Shown here: piece by piece, positions 61,701 through 64,000 of the stretch
Numbering within the stretch: position 1 is the stretch's first letter
Layout of the letters: every line of letters begins with the position of its first letter
DNA from: an uncultured Bacteroidia bacterium
Lineage (GTDB): Bacteria > Bacteroidota > Bacteroidia > JAIBAJ01
Direction of reading: 5' to 3'
Assembly: GCA_965284645.1 (NCBI GenBank)
Contig: OZ260106.1
Span: 342,992-406,991 of the forward strand
DNA length: 64,000 nt
Notes under the pieces: model-generated
The model's input: the letters and a program-made list of their open reading frames with translations, nothing else
Told to the model about the DNA's origin: nothing
Databases searched by the model: none
Position numbers and translations under genes: made by a program

Positions 61701-64000
61701 GGCAGTAGCGGTGCAACCGTTGCCATCGGTAGCGGTTACGGTAAAATTGCCTTGGGTGAGTCCGGTACCAAGCGCGGCATTTCCTCCAAGGCTTGACCAA
61801 GAGTAGGAATAATTGGGTGTTCCGCCAGTGGCTAATGCGGTGGCTGTACCATCATTTCCGCCATTGCATGAAACATTGGTTGTTCCAGTTATGGAAACGG
61901 AAAGGGCTGTAGGTTGCGAAACCGAAGCTGTAGCAGTTGCGGAACAGCCATTGGCATCATTCACTTGGACGGTATAACTACCTGCACTTAATCCAGTTGC
62001 AGCAGCCGTATTGGAGCTATTTCCTTGCCAAATGTAAGTGTAACCAGGGGTGCCACCCGTTGCGGTAACGTTCATAGTTCCATTGGCTCCGCCATTGCAG
62101 CTTACTGGTGTTGTAGCAGTTGTCAGGCTTACCGAAGTGGGTTGATTAATAAAGACATTTCTTGTAATTTGGCAATTGTTTCCATCAGTAATGGTGCAGG
62201 TATAATTTCCCGTACATAAAGATGAAGCAGTAGCATTGTTACCTCCGGAGGGAGACCAAGCATAGGAATAAGCGGTTGTTCCTCCGCTCGGAGTTACGGT
62301 GGCGGTTCCATTGCAAAGTCCATTGCAGGTTGCATCCGTGAGGCTAGTTACTGCGGTTAAGGCTGTAGGTTGGGTGATGGTAACAGACCGAGTAATATTG
62401 CAATTGTTTGCATCTGTAATGGTACAGGTATACGTACCATTGCCTAAATTACTTGCTGTGGCCAAATTTCCTCCACTTGGCGACCATGCATACGTATAAT
62501 TGGGGGTTCCACCAGTTGCAGTAACCGTTGCAGTGCCATTTGTTCCGCCATTGCAAGAAACATTGGTTTGCCCAGTGGTAGCCGAAAGAGCCGAAGGTTC
62601 GGTTATGGTGAAATTGCTGGTGGTTGAACATCCCGGACCAGTTGAAATGGTGCAGACGTAATTACCAGGGCAGAGTCCTGTGGCTGTAGCATTGGAGCCA
62701 CCCGAAGGCGACCAAGCATAGGTGTATGAACCGCTACCTCCGCTTGGAGTAACCGTAGCCGTTCCATTGCAAGCTCCATTGCAGCTAACATTGGTAAAAC
62801 TTTGTGTGGCCGAAATTGCTGTTGGTTGGGTGATGGTAACCGAAGCCGTATTCGAGCATCCATTTGAAGCAGTTGCTGTTACCGTATAAGTTCCGGCTGT
62901 AAGGTTTGTGGCTGTTTGAGTAGTTTGTCCACCGGGACTCCATGAATAGGTATAGGGGCCTGGTTGACCAGATGGATTCGCTGTGGCGGAGCCATTGTTT
63001 CCTCCGAAGCAAGTCACATTGGTTTGGGTGGTGGCTACCGTTAAGCTAGCAGATGCATTGGGAATTACCGTAGAAGATTGAACAGGAACCGTACATGACA
63101 ATTGGTCATTTACAACCACAGTATAAGAAACTCCTGGACAAAGGTTGGAAATGGTTTGTGTAGTTTGGCCATTGCTCCAATTGTAGTTGTATGGAGGCAA
63201 ACCGCCGGTTGGGTTGGCAGTTGCCGTTCCCGTGCAACCACAAAGTGGGGCTGTTACAGAGGTGGTTACTGCAAGTGGGTTAGAACATTGAATGAAATCA
63301 ATAAAAACCCCGGAATCATAAGCCCAGTCGTATGAATCAGCGATAGCAATCTTAAAATGGTAGGTGGCACAAGGACAAAGTGTAACCGTTCTGGTAAGGG
63401 CGGTTGTTAGTCCATCGTATTGCAAACCTGAAGCACCGGCCACATAGTAAGCACTGTTGTTATTGGCATTAACGTTATCAATGGTTACCGTTGTGGTATT
63501 GTTGGGAAGGGTTGCCACATTGGTATTGTTGTAGGCCGCACCACCACAATTTGGACCTGGTCCGGTAATAAAGAAACCAAAGGCATCATTGTAGTTTGAG
63601 CTTACATATTCTGGGTATTCATCTGATCCAAAGATGAAACGAATTTGCAAGGAATTACATTGAGGCGTGATATCGAACTCAATGATACAGACATCATTTT
63701 TGGCCCTACTATCGATGGCGAGGAGTTGGGGATCGTTATAAATTGTACCAAAACCAGCCGAAATCCCTGAAGAACTATTGGGGCCAATGGCATTGGTGGC
63801 AAAACCAGTTGTTAGTAAAATACCATTGCTCATGGCCAACCCTCCACCACTGTTGGTAAAGGTACCATAAGCAGCAGCGTTGCAATTGATTGTGAGGTTA
63901 TTAACAGTAAGACCTTGTCCTGCAAAAGAAGAAATAAGTTGAGCAGGAGTAGACCCCGCACTAACAACAAGTTGGGCTTTACCAGAAAAATGAACCAACG
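52731..64000 (-). CDS. Giant SprB-like cell-surface adhesin (5'-truncated by window end): choice-of-anchor-L-like N-region, about 40 SprB repeats, type-B T9SS (gliding-motility-associated) C-terminal domain
   Basis: More than 3755 aa are in the window, and the ORF is still open at 63998. About 76-aa repeats carry the SprB-repeat signature C.G..DG.A......GG...Y.Y.W.NG........L.AG.Y..TVTD.NGC.......I..P repeated throughout. The C-terminus ..WVPNAISPNNDGTNDVFKAYAPEGLKRFYMRIFTRWGEQIF....GWDGTYKG..... matches the type-B (CHU_C / TIGR04131-like) T9SS CTD. The most N-terminal part seen (DEYPEYVSSNYNDAFGFFITGPG..) resembles a choice-of-anchor-L domain. Confidence 0.85.
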   Translation of the reverse strand, partial: LVHFSGKAQLVVSAGSTPAQLISSFAGQGLTVNNLTINCNAAAYGTFTNSGGGLAMSNGILLTTGFATNAIGPNSSSGISAGFGTIYNDPQLLAIDSRAKNDVCIIEFDITPQCNSLQIRFIFGSDEYPEYVSSNYNDAFGFFITGPGPNCGGAAYNNTNVATLPNNTTTVTIDNVNANNNSAYYVAGASGLQYDGLTTALTRTVTLCPCATYHFKIAIADSYDWAYDSGVFIDFIQCSNPLAVTTSVTAPLCGCTGTATANPTGGLPPYNYNWSNGQTTQTISNLCPGVSYTVVVNDQLSCTVPVQSSTVIPNASASLTVATTQTNVTCFGGNNGSATANPSGQPGPYTYSWSPGGQTTQTATNLTAGTYTVTATASNGCSNTASVTITQPTAISATQSFTNVSCNGACNGTATVTPSGGSGSYTYAWSPSGGSNATATGLCPGNYVCTISTGPGCSTTSNFTITEPSALSATTGQTNVSCNGGTNGTATVTATGGTPNYTYAWSPSGGNLATASNLGNGTYTCTITDANNCNITRSVTITQPTALTAVTSLTDATCNGLCNGTATVTPSGGTTAYSYAWSPSGGNNATASSLCTGNYTCTITDGNNCQITRNVFINQPTSVSLTTATTPVSCNGGANGTMNVTATGGTPGYTYIWQGNSSNTAAATGLSAGSYTVQVNDANGCSATATASVSQPTALSVSITGTTNVSCNGGNDGTATALATGGTPNYSYSWSSLGGNAALGTGLTQGNFTVTATDGNGCTATANTTITEPTLLTATISATTNVSCLGGNDGTATVTAAGGTPGYTYSWTNGNNTANASLLTAGNFTATVTDANGCTATATATITQPTQLTVSIPTTTNVSCLGGNDGTATALAAGGTAPYTYSWTNGNNTATATNLTATSFTVTATDSKGCTATATATITQPTQLTATITATTDVSCFGYADGDATVAGGGGTAPYTYSWTNGNNTAQASNLAAGTFTATVTDAKGCTATATATINQPALFVASIPTTTNVSCFGGNNGSATASVIGGVAGVSYVWTSGANTITANNLTAGTYTVTATDGNGCTATANTTITEPTLLTATISATTNVSCLGGNDGTAAVTAAGGTPGYTYSWTNGNTTANASLLTAGNFTATVTDANGCTATATATITQPTQLTVSIPTTTNVSCLGGNDGTATALAAGGTAPYTYSWTNGNNTATATNLTATSFTVTATDSKGCTATATTTITEPTQLTATITATTDVSCFGYADGDATVAGGGGTAPYTFSWTNGNNTAQASNLAAGTFTATVTDAKGCTATATATINQPALFVASIPTTTNVSCFGGNNGSATASVTGGVAGVSYVWTSGANTITANNLTAGTYTVTATDGNGCTATANTTITEPTLLTATISATTDVSCLGGNDGTATVAAAGGTPGYTYSWTNGNTTANASLLTAGNFTATVTDANGCTATATATITQPTQLTVSIPTTTNVSCLGGNDGTATALAAGGTAPYTYSWTNGNNTATATNLTATSFTVTATDSKGCTATATTTITQPTQLTATITATTDVSCFGYADGDATVAGGGGTAPYTFSWTNGNNTAQASNLAAGTFTATVTDAKGCTATATATINQPALFVASIPTTTNVSCFGGNNGSATASVTGGVAGVSYVWTSGANTITANNLTAGTYTVTATDGNGCTATANTTITEPTLLTATISATTNVSCLGGNDGTATVAAAGGTPGYTYSWTNGNTTANASLLTAGSFTATVTDANGCTATATATITEPSQLSVSIPTTTNVSCFGGNDGTATALAAGGTAPYTYSWTNGNNTATATNLTATSFTVTATDSKGCTATATTTITEPTQLTATITATTDVSCFGYADGDATVAGGGGTAPYTYSWTNGNNTAQASNLAAGTFTATVTDAKGCTATATATINQPALFVASIPTTTNVSCFGGNNGSATASVTGGVAGVTYAWTSGANTITANNLTAGTYTVTATDGNGCTATANTTITEPTLLTATISATTNVSCLGGNDGTATVTAAGGTPGYTYSWTNGNTTANASLLTAGSFTATVTDANGCTATATATITEPSQLSVSIPTTTNVSCFGGNDGTATALAAGGTAPYTYSWTNGNNTATATNLTATSFTVTATDSKGCTATATTTITQPTQLTATITATTDVSCFGYADGDATVAGGGGTAPYAFSWSNGDQTAQTSNLLAGAYTATITDANACVTTATATINQPALLVASIPTITNVSCFGGSDGSTTASVTGGVAGVSYVWTSGANTITANNLTAGTYTVTATDGNGCTATANTTITEPTLLTATISATTDVSCLGGNDGTATVTAAGGTPGYTYSWTNGNTTANASLLTAGSFTATVTDANGCTATATATITEPSQLSVSIPTTTNVSCFGGNDGTATALAAGGTAPYTYSWTNGNNTATATNLTATSFTVTATDSKGCTATATTTITQPTQLTATITATTDVSCFGYADGDATVAGGGGTAPYTFSWSNGDQTAQTSNLLAGAYTATITDANACVTTATATINQPALLVASIPTITNVSCFGGGDGSATASVTGGVAGVSYVWTSGANTITANNLTAGTYTVTATDGNGCTATANTTITEPTLLTATISATTDVSCLGGNDGTATVAAAGGTPGYTYSWTNGNTTANASLLTAGSFTATVTDANGCTATATATITEPSQLSVSIPTTTNVSCFGGNDGTATALAAGGTAPYTYSWTNGNNTATATNLTATSFTVTATDSKGCTATATTTITQPTQLTATITATTDVSCFGYADGDATVAGGGGTAPYTFSWSNGDQTAQTSNLLAGSYTATITDANACVTTATATINQPALFVATIPTITNVSCFGGSDGSATASITGGVAGVTYLWTGGSNAITINNLVAGNYTVTATDGNGCTSTANATITEPTLLLHSVASTTNVSCFGGSDGTATTTASGGTPPYTNTWTNGQTNAPTATNLSAGTYTSTLVDLNGCTVSTTATITEPTQLNVLITSTTDVSCFGGNNGTASALASGGTPVYTYLWTNGDALDNAANLLVGSYDITVTDALGCTATATALINEPSQLTATITNTVDASCFGYTDGSAQVSGNGGTQPYSYSWTNGDLLQQAQNLAAGIYTATITDANGCTASAVATIAEPSLFVVSITSTTDVSCFGGNDGTADALAQGGTAPVSYAWSNAGTGANTTQLPAGPIDVTATDNMGCTASDQATILEPTVLSASLVASSDVTCNGGSDGSLTIDITGGTPAYTILWPSGNAGLTESNLPQGNYTANITDSKGCTTTIAGTIAEPSPLQSALDATTAVSCFGLSDGSATLSASGGTPAYQFVWADGTVAASRNDLAQGHYDVTVSDANGCSTIQGLDITEPPLLAINALTVVDVSCFGLSDGSIDITAQGGSLPYSFVWSSGANTEDVTNLIAGTYAIELTDANGCTVTGSATINQPTALELSSDSSNISCFGLADGMASVTVTGGTGPYTYQWNSGSTTSSISGVPAGTFTVLITDAQACTASESFELTQPNELLGTLSYRDVSCFGYSDGAIGITLRGGTEPYAILWSNGLMGDSISNLSAGLYAVTVVDSNGCELSLATTIQQPTQVTAEIQSENDILPMEEFEIDGFGSGGTPGYTYHWYPETLNECDTCASITGQIREESEIILTVIDSNGCEAYDTVFVRLIDNAIWVPNAISPNNDGTNDVFKAYAPEGLKRFYMRIFTRWGEQIFVSDDIETGWDGTYKGTLKSDMYVYQIEVKFPNGNTKTVSGTVTVL
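53900..61810. repeat. Intragenic tandem array of a 912-bp unit (= 4 SprB repeats, 304 aa), with about 6.5 near-identical copies at 55800-61810 and more diverged copies at 53900-55800
   Basis: Antisense-frame ORFs recur at exactly 912-bp spacing with near-identical translations. The 71-aa ORFs are at 55888, 56800, 57712, 58624, 59536, 60448 and 61360, the 65-aa ORFs at 56047, 56959, 57871, 58783, 59695 and 60607, and the 101-aa ORFs at 58263, 59175, 60087 and 60999. In the sense protein the 304-aa block ..TITEPTLLTATISATT[N/D]VSCLGGNDGTATV.AAGGTPGYTYSWTNGN.. occurs 7 times. Confidence 0.9.

Noticed and set aside
55800-61810. Dozens of 60-115-aa ORFs on both strands inside the giant adhesin gene (for example 55829..56173, 55888..56103, 56047..56244 and their 912-bp-spaced copies)
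   Set aside because: They are frame artefacts of a highly repetitive, GC-biased coding region. They recur only because the 912-bp DNA unit recurs. The sense frame (minus strand) is open for more than 11 kb with clear SprB-repeat protein periodicity.

Overview
This is a 64-kb chromosomal segment that looks like Bacteroidota, most likely a gliding Cytophagia/Flavobacteriia-type organism, though that identification is inference. The supporting evidence is four proteins with T9SS C-terminal sorting domains, a giant SprB-repeat adhesin, BshC, HemJ and Bacteroidetes-type TAnnTTTG promoter motifs. About 40 protein genes are called, mostly housekeeping (SurE, Pcm, RecN, BshC, HemJ, PepP-like M24) and secreted or outer-membrane proteins (M61-PDZ, M1, M13 and S41 peptidases, a T9SS metallophosphoesterase, a PKD protein and a choice-of-anchor-B protein). 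No rRNA, tRNA or CRISPR array was seen.

The most unusual content is non-coding. At least 17 copies of small interspersed repeats fill nearly every long intergenic gap, and they fall into three families. One is a GC-rich palindromic (foldback) element of 170 to 540 bp with GGCGGGYCCC termini. The other two are AT-rich elements of about 170 and 185 bp that share the terminal inverted repeat AACCCAGATTACGCATTAGAAAT. These sit beside a gene for an IS200-like single-domain HuH/Y1 transposase of the REP-associated (RAYT) type, so the region is a candidate REPIN/MITE-RAYT system.

The other striking features are as follows:
- A SprB-like adhesin gene (more than 11.2 kb inside the window, 5' end outside it) contains about 6.5 near-identical tandem copies of a 912-bp unit.
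- A 1146-aa secreted Ala/Glu/Lys-repeat protein.
- An MMPL/RND transporter split into two genes that overlap by ATGA.
- A DUF3127 protein that ends in an SSB-type DDDLPF tail.
- An M1 metallopeptidase fused to a C-terminal region that looks like an outer-membrane beta-barrel.
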